DNA from: Macrostomum lignano
Lineage: Eukaryota
Assembly: GCA_002269645.1 (NCBI GenBank)
Contig: NIVC01001350.1
Location: forward strand, 1-64,000
Direction: 5' to 3'
Length of the DNA stretch: 64,000 bases
A program made the translations under genes and the position numbers. The notes under the pieces were generated by a model. It saw nothing but the letters and a program-made list of their open reading frames with translations. It had not been told where the DNA came from and did no database searches. Of the stretch, positions 10,975 through 22,600 are shown piece after piece; positions within the stretch are counted from its first letter, which is position 1; every line of letters starts with the position of its first letter.

Positions 10975-13651
10975 ACGTGGGTATGGGTAAGATTAAAACT
11001 TATTTTCTCTTTGTCACTTTCACACTCCCTAAGTCCCTAACAAAATGAACTGACCGCGCGCTAACAGAACGGGCAGGGGAGTGCAGTGGCGCATTCTTTC
11101 CTAACAAAAATATCTTGAAAGTCAAAAAATCATTTTCACCCCTAGCCTGGACTTCGACGAGACTAAGAATAAGAAGTACTTTCCTAGTGAAAGGAGAAAT
11201 CCTATATACTAAAAATGAAATGTCTGTAACTAACTAGCTATGCGATAGATTTCAGAAAAAATGGCTCAACCGATTTTCTTCAAACTTGCACCATTTGATC
11301 AGAAATTTTCCTGGCACGGTACATGCATCTTGGCTAAGAAATTGCTCAATGTTAAAGGGATTAAATATTCGAAAAACATGCTTTTTTGCAAAGGTCAAGC
11401 AAAATTTTCGACTTGAAATGCATTGTAAGAATGCTAGAGAAAAAACTGACTGGCTGAATTCCGATTGTGATAAAGATTGCATCACAACAAGTTGAAAACA
11501 GTGTCAAAGAAATGCACACACGACTTGAATGAAATTGCGTAACCATATTGCCAACTTAAATTGAGACTGATTCTGGCTGACTGAGAAATTGATTATGTCA
11601 TAACTTTTTACTCTAACTAACTTGCTGTAAGAATTGAATTATAAGGGCCACAATTCATAGCCAAGATGCGAACAGACTGGAATGCTAATGTAGCGACCTG
11701 GGCTCGAATCTTAGTAGTGTAAAAAGATTTTTTTATCAAAACACCTTAAAAATACAAAACTGCTAAACATAATTGTTGTGTATGGACTTTTGGTTTAGCA
11801 AATGCACTAATGCTTCCCTTCTTTTGTATTCGGCATTGACTATTAATTTTTTACCTTTATGTTAAGACAAAAATAATTAAATGTCCAACTGCGGCACTCT
11901 ACTACAATATTGTTCCCTGTATTATTATATGCTACTATACGAGCGTACATGTAGTTGCGTCTCAAAATCATAAATTTTTGGTTGCTTTTGGACAAATATC
12001 TTCTTTTGCTTGAACTTTAACTTTAACTTTCCCTTTAACTTTATAGTTCGAAATTAATTCAACAATAAACTGCATCTTTCTTCTGTGCCATTGTTAGTAC
12101 ATGAAAGTTGCTCTAGTGGTCGCTACAGAGTGCTACAGACTGAGTGAGTGCGCTATTTATTCCATGGTCAGCTCAGCTGACCATGTTCGGCAGGAAAGGA
12201 GCTGCAATTCTGCGCCTCACTGGCCATAGACTACCAATTTTTTTTCTTGTCACCTTCTATTCTATGGCTATGGTCAGCTCTGCTAGCCACCCGGCATCTA
12301 AGGGTTAAGAGCCGAAGGCTAACAGTATTACAAAGGGCAAACAAGACGTGCGCCGGCTAGAGGCAAATAAAGCTTGTGAACAGCTCGTATTTTAAATAAT
12401 GCTTCTTTGACTTGACTTTGATGTCAGATGGTAGCCTGGAGGCAATAGTCGGTATAGAAGCAGAAGAAGAGGACATAACAATAATAGAAGCGCAATGTCA
12501 AACATAGAAGAGCCACCATGTCGAACATTAAAGAGCCAACATTTCGAATATAAAAGAGTTACCATGTCAAACATAAAAGAGCCACCATGCCAAACATAAA
12601 ATAAGCACTATGTCTGACATATACGTGACTCCATGTCAAAGATTAAAAAGCCACCATGTCAAACATAGAAGAGCCACCATATCAAACCTAAACGAGCCAC
12701 CACGTCTAATATTTAAGAGCCACCACGTCTAATATTTAAGAGCAACCATGTCAAACATCAAAAAGCCACTGGATAAAACATAAAAGAGTTACCATGTAGA
12801 ACAAAAAACAGTCACGATGTCGAACATAAAAGAGCCACCATGTAGAATATTAAAGAGCCACCATGAAGAACATTTAAGAGCCACCATGTCAAACATTTAA
12901 GAGCCACCATGTCGAACATTAAAGAGCCACCATGTCAAACGTTAAAGAGCCACCATTTCGAACATTAAGGAGCCACCATGTCAAACATATATGTGACTTT
13001 ATGTCAAACATTAAAGAGCCACCATTTCGAACATTAAAGAGCCACCGTGTCAGACATTAAAAAGCCACCATATCAAACATAAAAGAGCTACCATGTAGAA
13101 CAAAAAACAGCCACGATGTCGAACATAGAAGAGCCACCATGTCAAACATTAAAGAGCCACCGTGTCAAACATAAAACAGCCACCATTTCGAAAATTAAAG
13201 AGCCACCATGTCAAACATTAAAGAGCCACCATGTCGAAAATTAAAGAGCCACCATGTCAAACATTAAAGAGCCACCATGTCAAACACAAAAGAGCCACCA
13301 TGTCAAACATAGAAGAGACACCATGTAAAACATACACGTGACTCCATGTAAAAAATTAAAAAGCCACCATGTCAAACATCAAAGAGCCACCATGTCAAAA
13401 ATTAAAGAGTCACCATGTCAAACATTAAAGAGCCACCATGTCGAACATTAAAGAGCCACCATGTCAAAAATTAAAGAGCCACCATGTCTCGATCGAACAT
13501 TAAAGAGCCACCATGTCAAACATAAAAGAGCCACCATGTCAAACATAAAAGAGCCACCATGTCAAACATAAAAGAGCCACCATGTAAAGTATAAAAGAGC
13601 CACCTTGTCAAACATTAAAGAGCCATCATGTGAAACATATACGTGACTCAA

Positions 13652-13945
13652 CATACATGCGCAACCTCCAAAATTCGGTCGGCCATGCGACTTAGTTTTA
13701 ACAAAAATGCGACATAGTTTTTGGCCAAAAATGCGACTTACATGTAAAAAAACCTAAAGCAAAATTAACGCAACTTTGGGTAAACGGCAGGAGTAACTAT
13801 GACTGTCTTATAAGGCCAAAATGCCTCGTCAGCTACTTAGTACTACTACTTGGGTTTTTTGGGTGGGCATTTTTGCGACTTCCTTGGTTCACCACCAAAT
13901 CGGTCGGCCGGATCGGCCGACTCGGCCGACTGTTGCGCATGTATG
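13652..13945. mobile_element. hAT-type MITE, 294 bp
   Basis: Perfect 14-bp terminal inverted repeats CATACATGCGCAAC (13652-13665) and GTTGCGCATGTATG (13932-13945); 8-bp target-site duplication TGACTCAA (13644-13651, 13946-13953); the related empty-site unit ..ACGTGACTCCATGTC occurs at ~12620. Confidence 0.9.
13778..13841 (+). pseudogene. 64-nt fragment of 28S/LSU rDNA (helices 69-71) inside the MITE; not a functional rRNA gene
   Basis: GGGTAAACGGCAGGAGTAACTATGACTGTCTTATAAGGCCAAAATGCCTCGTCAGCTACTTAGT versus the recalled conserved LSU sequence GGGTAAACGGCGGGAGTAACTATGACTCTCTTAAGGTAGCCAAATGCCTCGTCATCTAATTAGT. Confidence 0.85.
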
Positions 13946-14249
13946 TGACTCAATGTCAAACATTAAAGAGCCACCATGTCAAACATTAAAGAGCTATCAT
14001 GTCAAACACAAAAGAGCTACCATGTCAAACATAGAAGAGCCACCATGTCAAACATTAAAGAGCTATCATGTCAAACACAAAAGAGCTACCATGTCAAACA
14101 TAGAAGAGCTACCATGTCAAACATTAAAGAGCCACCTTTTTAAACAAAAAAGAGATCCCATTTCAAACATAAAAGAAGTGTCATGCCAAACAGAATGGAA
14201 CCATTATAAAGCTAAGGAAATTGTTGCACTAGCTACTTGTTCTCTGGTG

Positions 14250-14965
14250 GATGCTTGCTATTTAAGGATTGATACTTGCTTACAGGGGGATGCTTGCTCT
14301 TGTGGGTGGAGGGTACTTGCTATCTGAGAGGGGGTTGCTAGATATCTATAAAGTATCTTTGTATCCAGGTTATGCTTGCTATCAGGGGTTGCTTGCTGTC
14401 TGGGGGATGCTTGCGATCTGGGGGATGCTTGCTATCTGTGGGATGCTTGCTATCTGGGGTCTGGGGGAATGCTTGCTATCTGGGGATGCTTGCTATCTGG
14501 GGTTGCGTGCTATCTGCGGGATGCTTGCTGTCTGGGGGATGCTTGCTATCTGGGGGATGCTTACTATCTGGGGTCTGGGGGAATGCTTGCTATCTAGGGA
14601 TGCTTGCTATCTGGGGTTGCTTGCTATCGGGGGGATGCTTGCTATCTGGGGATGCTTGCTATCTGGGGTCTGTGGGAATGCTTGCTATCTGGGGTCTGGG
14701 GGAATGCTTGCTATCTGGGGATGCTTGCTATCTGGGGTTGCTTGCTATCGGGGGGATGCTTGCTATCTGGGGGATGCTTGCTATCTGCGGGATGCTTGCT
14801 GTCTGGGGATGCTTATTATCTGGGGTCTGGGGAATGCTTGCTATCTGGAGATGCTTGCTATCTGGGGTTGCTTGCTATCGGGGGATGCCTGCTACCTGGG
14901 GGATGCTTGCAGTCTGGGGGATGCTTGCTATTTGGGGATCGATGCTTGAATGCTGTCTGAGGATG
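14250..14965. repeat. Minisatellite, ~18-19-bp unit GGGATGCTTGCTATCTGG(G)
   Basis: Tandem repetition; gives repeat ORFs in all three + frames. Confidence 0.95.
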
Positions 14966-17900
14966 CTTGCTGTCTTGGGATGTTTTGTTTTTAGAGGGAA
15001 TGTCTGTTGTTGTTTTTTGAAGGCTTTATTTCGCTGTCTATTTGTTATTTGTAAAGAACAAGGATTCTATCCAGATGTCCCCCATCGGGGGGCAAAGATT
15101 GCTAGTGCAGTTCTAAAAGCTTCCAATCGAAAACCGCGCCATGCTTCTTGAACGTTTCCAACCATTGCTCTCTGCCCCATTCCAATTGCAATTGCTGCCG
15201 CCTCTCAGCATTGGAGCCTGAAAGAATGAAACGACCGGACCTAAAGGCTAGGGCGGCGGGGGTTGGCGGCGGCGGAAATTGGAGGCGCTGGGGTGGCGGG
15301 TGTTTTGGGGTCGCGCGGCACATAATCTAAAAATAGAAATCTACCAACCACACGCTAAACCAAAATTCCACACTCTCTCCTCTCCTTTCCGCATCGCCAA
15401 CGTTATATGTTGGCTAGCGCCGTCTCACTGACTGTCTGTCCTTTTCAGCCCTGCGGGGGGTAGGGTTTGGCGGGGGTTAATTTGGAGAATTCACGCAGTG
15501 GGGTTGATGGCAATAGCCAGCCTGAGGTCAAGTCAAACCACACCACCCCATTTCATGTACATCACTGGGCCGGGGCGGCAAGCACAGTCACGCTAGACCC
15601 CACCCCGTATATTTGACCCATTAATTAAGCTATCCAGGCAGACCAGGCTTGAGTCGCTTGACCACAAGTTTGGAGTAGGACGTAAGCCCCAGAAAACTCG
15701 CACACAACCTGACCCTAAAAAACACGAGGCGACGTTTGCAAAGCCAATACGAAATTTAGTGCAATCGTTGGTTTAGAAGAACCCGACAAAGGAGTAATTA
15801 ATTCAGTCTTATTTAGTGGAGTGGATTGGCATAAGTAATTTACTACTTATACAGGGTCGATAGTTTGGGCCCTAGCAGATAACAGTCACAGTCCTTTATA
15901 TAAATTTGTGGACTTGCGCCGGTGTGGGAACAAAACGCAATAAATTAAATTAATTAACTGATCGAAAGAATAGATCGATAAAAAGGAATTTCGATTTGGT
16001 GTCTTTGAATTTTTGTATGCTTGTAGTTGAAGTTTTCAATTTCGAGCCATTGGCTATATAATATTAGGGACTACTAGTAGACACGGCACACGGGTACAGT
16101 ACAGGTTAGGGTTAGGCTTGTACTTTGCCAAGGCAAGGTGTCTGCTGCTGCTTGACAGGGACAGGGTCAACTGAGGTTGCGGAGAGCACAAAAAAGCAGC
16201 AGCCAACGCACAAGGGCCTTGTCTTTCGTCGGGGTATTCTGGGGTCAAGCTGTTACAAACTAAGTCCTACTAAAAAGGCTTGAAACTGTAAAAACAGGCC
16301 GGGTGCCTGGGTCAGCCCCACAGGTGTGCTGGGGCGGGGGGCGGGGCTGCCACCCTCATCAGGCAAGGCGAGACCGGGAGAAGCAGAATGAGACTGAAAT
16401 GTTGCTGCTGTCTGTCACTTTGAATTCTGGATTCTGTTTGCTTTTTTAACAAAGCTGCTTCCTGGCTGCTCCCAAGACGACCTACTCTAATTCTCCAAAT
16501 CTCAAAGGGCGGCTGTGTACCAGTCATTCGATTTTTGATTCAACCTTTATTATTATTATTGGCTTGTTAATATCTTCCACTCTGATTAGCTCTGTTGCTT
16601 CTTTGCTTTGTTTGGGATTAGCTTTGCTTTGCTCCGCCAATCCGACCGCAGTTATTATTATTGCAAATCGACAGGCTATTAGCAGGAAGCCCTAATCCTG
16701 TTTGAGTAACAATTTACATTAGCCAGTGCATAACACAGAACAGAACAAGGACAGAAATCATGATTAATTCCGTCTAACCTGATCCAGACCTTTCAATTAA
16801 GCCTTTCTGCCACTCTGTTAACCCCGGCCTGGCCCGGCCCCCACCTCAACCTGAGCCTCCCAGCGGACAATTTCCAATCCAATCCTTTTGAGGAGGTCTC
16901 TTAGCCCCAGTCCCGTTAGTTTAGCCGGGCCAGGCCAGGCCAAACCCCCAAACCAGACAGGGGGCTCAACTGGACTGATGGGGTGGTGGGTTATGCTTTG
17001 ACCGTTGGCGCCCCCTGTGTGTTGTGCTGGCGGGCATTGGGGGTGGTTGGCTTTGGTTTCGCGTGTCGCGCAAAGTGAAGAAGGGGTGGCGGGGCTGGAC
17101 CAACCCCCCCAGATCTCCGCACCGACCCCACCGGCCTCCTCCAATCTCACAGCGCTCACCACAAACAACCTAGCCCTCCCCCCCACTCCAATTCAGCCCA
17201 ACCCCGCGACCTCCCTGCGTGCCCTTTTAAAGAATGCAGGGAAAGGCAAGAAAGGGAGACCCGGGGCGGCGGTCTGGGGAAAACGCCATACAGCGCAGCG
17301 CAAGACAAGCACCGTTGCATTTTTCTCCCTCGTCTGAATCGCCACTTCCCCACCGCCGCGACCTCCCCCGTTTTCCAAACCCCGCCCTTTTACCCAATTT
17401 CTCTCCTCTTTACTCTTCCCCAGTCGTCTCCCGAGCCTTCGCCGGCCTCCCTTTTTCCTCCTGCCCGCCACTTAGATTCGGACAGGATCCATTTTTGGCC
17501 TCCGGGACCTCAACAATCGACCCTCCCCGATAACACCCCCTGAAAAATTCTCTTTCAATTCAAAACCGTCTGCAGTCCGGGGGCGGCACTACTCCGGCAA
17601 CTAAGCAACCGCCTCAGCTTTGCACCACAGAGAGGCTTGGCCGACCTAGTGGTGACCGCCGACCGGACTCGAATCTACAAGCTTGAAGCGGATCGTCAAA
17701 GCTGGTAAGGATCGCGAGCTTTTTATCATATTCCTGTTTATTATTCATTGCATCAAGGGTCAACATCCAGTCTAGGACTCTAGAGACGGGTCCAGGTCAA
17801 CTGCCCCCGGGCCCCCTTGACCCTCCAAACTAGATTCCTAAATTGGAAGGAATAAACACTAAGATTTGCTTTCCAATCCAGTGCTTAAACATAAAACGCT

Positions 17901-18493
17901 CAATGCAGAACAGGGAAATCCTACAAAACGTTGGTGGTGTTCGTGTTCGGTAAATTAGATCCAAATTCAAATTCGCGCCAAAAAAGTACATTGTTAAACA
18001 GCCTTAAAACATCATTTAAACACCAAAAACCGATAAGCAAAGATAAATGAAAGCTGAAATTCTGTTAAAAAATTTTTTAAGTTTGAACTTTGAAGGTGTC
18101 TTTAACGGTGTTTACGCCCAGCCCCCCTCAGAATTTGCCAGTGTCTTTGTTTTCGTGTTTGTTTGCCGCCACGTCCCTCTTGACCCGAGTGACCCAAATA
18201 AAGACTTTCCGGCTGTGTCCAGCCCAGTCAGGCCCCATCCTTCCTTGCGAACTGAAAAGTCTTAAAAATAAAACTGCGCTTGGAGTGGCAGCAGGACCCC
18301 CCAGCAGCCATTTGACCAGCCCTGGAGCCCGGAACAAAGCTATTTGATTTATATTTCTTCCGGAATCGGGCTGTCTGGCTGCATGGCTGTCTTAGGCCTT
18401 GTCTGTGCTGTTATGGGGCATCCGGCCCTACCAACTTCTTAAATAAAATCATTTCAACTGAGTGCAGCTGCACTGAAACCGCACCTTCTCCCT

Positions 18494-19280
18494 GTTCTAT
18501 CTCACCGTTCTATCTCACCGTTCTATCTCCCCGTTCTATCTCACTGTTCTATCTCACCGTTCTATCTCACCGTTCTATCTCACCGTTCTATCTCACTGTT
18601 CTATCTCACTGCTCTATCTCACTGTTCTATCTCACCGTTCTATCTCACTGTTCTATCTCACTGTTCTATCTCACTGCTCTATCTCACTGTTCTATCTCAC
18701 CGTTCTATCTCACTGTTCTATCTCACCGTCCTATCTCACCGTTCTATCTCACCGCTCTATCTCACTATTCATCTCACTGCTCTATCTCACCGTTCTATCT
18801 CACTGTTCTATTTCACCGATCTATCTCACCGTTCTATCTCACTGTTCTATCTCACTGCTCTACATGTATCTCACTGTTCTATCTCACTGTTCTATCTCAC
18901 TGCTCTATCTCACCGTTCTATCTCACTGTTCTATTTCACCAATCTATCTCACTGTTCTATCTCACTGTTCTATCTCACTGTTCTATCTCACCGTTCTATC
19001 TCACTGTTCTATTTCACCGATCTATCTCACTGTTCTATCTCACTGTTCTATCTCACTGTTCTATCTCACTGTTCTATCTATCTCACTGTTCTATCTCACC
19101 GTTCTATCTCACCGCTCTATCTCACTATTCATCTCACTGTTCTATCTCACCGTTCTATCTCACTGTTCTATTTCACCGATCTATCTCACTATTCTATCTC
19201 ACCGCTGTATCTCACTATTCATCTCACTGCTCTATCTCACCGCTCTATCTCACCGCTCTATCTCACTGTTCTATCTCACC
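18494..19280. repeat. Minisatellite, 13-bp unit TTCTATCTCACTG
   Basis: Tandem repetition ending ~40 nt before the acceptor at 19322. Confidence 0.95.
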
Positions 19281-19345
19281 TCCCCGGCAACGAAATGACC
19301 TACTGACACTCTGCCGCCGCAGGCCGTTGCCGCCGCCGACCACAA

Positions 19346-19580
19346 ATGAGCAACGGGCCGACAGGCTCCGGACTCGTCGACATCAAGACGGCGGCGTCGT
19401 CCTCCGGCTCCTCAGCCGCGGTGGCTGGCGCCGCTGGCAGCATTAGCAGCGCATCAGCTGCGGGCTTCCTGCTGCCCACTACAGCCGCTGCGGCTCTGGC
19501 TGCCCGCACTCAGGGCTGCCTGTCGCTGGCGCCCCAGCAGCAGCAGCATCTGTTAGTGCTTGGCGCGACTGCTTTGACTG

Positions 19581-19613
<33 letters not shown>

Positions 19614-22600
19614 TCAGTCATCAGCAGATGTCTGCCATGGCTGCGGCGGCGGCGGCGGCCGCTGCTTCGGCAAATCGGCAAGACATTTCTGCCAGCTTCC
19701 CGTCAGTGACCGCGGTGAGTTGCGCTGAGGCATGCTGCTTTGTCTGGGCTACGCCCAGTTATCCGCCCCCTTCACTCAGTTATCCGCCCCCTTCACTCAG
19801 TTATCCGCCCCCTTCACTCAGTTATCCGCCCCCTTCACTCAGTTATCCGCCCCCTTCACTCAGTTATCCGCCCCCTTCACTCAGTTATCCGCCCCCTTCA
19901 CTCAGTTATCCGCCCCCTTCACTCAGTTATCCGCCCCCTTCACTCAGTTATCCGCCCCCTTCACTCAGTTATCCGCCCCCTTCACTCAGTTATCCTCCCC
20001 TCACTCAGTTATCCACCCCCTTTACTCAGTTATCCGCCCCCTTCACTCAGTTATCCGCCCCCTTCACTCAGTTATCCGCCCCTTTCACTCAGTTATCCCC
20101 CCTCACTCAGTTATCCGCCCCCGTCACTCAGTTATCCGCCCCCTTCACTCAGATATCCGCCCCATTCACTCAGACTCCCCCTTCACTCAGATATCCGCCC
20201 CCTTCACTCAGATATCCGCCCCATTCACTCAGACTCCCCCTTCACTCAGATATCCGCCCCCTTCACTCAGATATCCGCCCCCTTCACTCAGATTCGGCGA
20301 TACCCGCCCCCTTGCTCAAATATCTGCCGCTTAAGTGTCTGTTTATGTCAGGGATATACCTGCCCATTTACTAAAGATGTTTACTTCTCAACGAATTCGA
20401 ACCCAGGCAGCTACTGATCAATCGTCAGTATTAGCAAGTCTGCGTCAATTCTCCTAAGTTCTCAAATTTTCCAAATCCCAAAAAGCTACATAAAAAACTG
20501 AACTCTGCACTGCAGTCTGTGTTCGACTTCTGTACTTGCCCTGCAAATTTCTGCTTTTGCAGCGGAGCAGTGGCCTAGGGTTTATCCACGCACTCGCTCA
20601 CCCGCATCGACATGCGCTGACTGAAATAGTGAAATATCTTTACTTTCAGTTATACATGCGTCTCTTCAACACCAGTAGTATGTCACTGTGTCAGACTCAA
20701 AACTGGAACCCCTTCCCGTCATAATAGCCAATCGTTGTTTTTGCAGAATAACTTTACATATAGGTATAGAAATACACTACAAGGGCAAGTCATTTTGCTA
20801 GGCTCGAATAATGCGCGCAGTAAATGGGATTAAGGCTTTAGATTGGACGGGAAACGGAGGGGCAGAGCCGGTGCGCTGTGTTCTCTATGCGAGCTTGAGT
20901 AATCGTACTTTTAGTGGCAGCTTCTAGAAGGTAGTGGCTTTGATCCCCTCCCAGTTATAGGAAGGGGCTTTGATTCTCTCCCAATAGTTAGCTTTGATCC
21001 CCTCTCCTATCGGGAGAGTTTGATCCCCTCTCCTGTCAGTGGGGAGTTTTATCCCCTCTCCTATCAGTGAGGAGTTTGATCCCCTCTCCTGTCAGGGGAA
21101 ATTTGATCCCCTCTCCTGTCAGTGGGGAGTTTTATCCCCTCTCCTATCAGTGAGGAGTTTGATCCCCTCTCCTGTCAGGGGAAATTTGATCCCCTCTCCT
21201 GTCAGTGGGGAGTTTTATCCCCTCTCCTATCAGGGGAAATTTGATTCCCTCTCCTGTCGGGGGGGGGTTGATCCCCTTTCCTGTTAGAGAGGGAGTTTAA
21301 AAGTGTGACCCCCTATTCTGTCAGGGGGCCTGAGCTTTGATCCCCTTCCCTGGTGTCAGTGGGAATGAACCACATGGGCTTAAAGGTGTGCGATCCGGTT
21401 TAATCACCATAGCAACATAGCCAGTTTGTGTCTGCGTTTTAAAGTCCATATTCAACATGGTCGCTGGGTTCTGTCGGGATGACTTGGAAGAGCGGCGGAC
21501 CCACTAACTCTACAGACTGCCAGCGGTGCTCACTGCACTGTAAACACTGGCTCAGGCCGCCACAACGTGAGCGGCCGCTTCAAGTGCAACCTGGAAGACT
21601 CAGTCTGACCTCATCACATCCCAGCCTCCCTCACTGCCGCCGATTCCAAATCGCTTCCTCTCCATAGGTCATTCGACCTTCTCGTCAACCCCCGCCTTCG
21701 CCTTCTCTCAGTCCTAAAGTCCTCAACCTCGCCATGCCCGTCCTCTCGCCCTTTTCCAGGAAACCCCTGCCCCCTGCTGCCTCCCCCTCTCTCGGGCTGA
21801 GCTCAAGCCCTGCCGGCTCTAACTCAGACCCACCACCCCACCCGACCTTAGATTTCAAACCTAAGGCCACTGATATACGCCTCAGAACAGAACTACTGCA
21901 GCGTAGGTAAGGGGTTCAACTCTGGGTCTGAGCTGGCCGAGTCCTCCCCTGTCTCAGCCAGTTCCCAACCCCTCCCTCCCTCACTCCTCGCGTCGCTCAG
22001 TAGGGAACTATGAGCATTATACATGAGTAGAGAGGCCTAACCAAGCTCTTCCCCTCATCTCCTCCCCTGCTACCCCCGCATGCCCCCTAAAAGTGCAAAC
22101 GCACCGAGGCCGCTCCCTCCCGTCTCCTGGCGTGCCCTTCCTGCTCCTTCCCCGGCCCTCCCAGTGCCGCTGTGTGTCACCCCCACCCGCCCTATCCCTC
22201 CCTCTTAATCCCTCCCGGGGCCTGTGGGCTTCATCACCCGCCCCCGTGCCCGCCCCCCCCCGGCCGGCAGTCAGGATTCCAGCTTGGGTCAGCTTACACA
22301 CACAGTGCAAATTTCTGCCTGTATCCCTTCCCCCAATCCAAATGGACTGACCGTCTTCATCGGGATGGATTGGGATCGGTCTATTTTTCCCCAACCCGAC
22401 CTATCAAGTATTAGTTCGGCGTATATGCATGGACGGGAGGGCACTGATCCCTAGCACCGCATTCCATTCCATCTCGCCAGGCGGGCTGACCCTATGGGCA
22501 GTCTTCTTAATCCGATAGAATTGATGAAGAACCTCAGCTTCTTTGTAGGCCTCCTAGTGACCTTTGAACTGCTGAGTTCGGGTCGAAATGCCTCTTGATT

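Larger units (their letters stand above)
12495..14180. repeat. Minisatellite, 23-bp unit ACCATGTCAAACATTAAAGAGCC, interrupted by a MITE
   Basis: Tandem repetition on both sides of 13652-13945. Confidence 0.95.

Noticed and set aside
13778-13841. An rRNA gene
   Set aside because: Only 64 nt, mutated and inside a MITE; no other rDNA in the window
19732-20417. Extensin-like SYPPPSL repeat extending the first NR2C exon
   Set aside because: A strong donor GCG|GTGAGT at 19715 precedes the array and is in phase with the next exon
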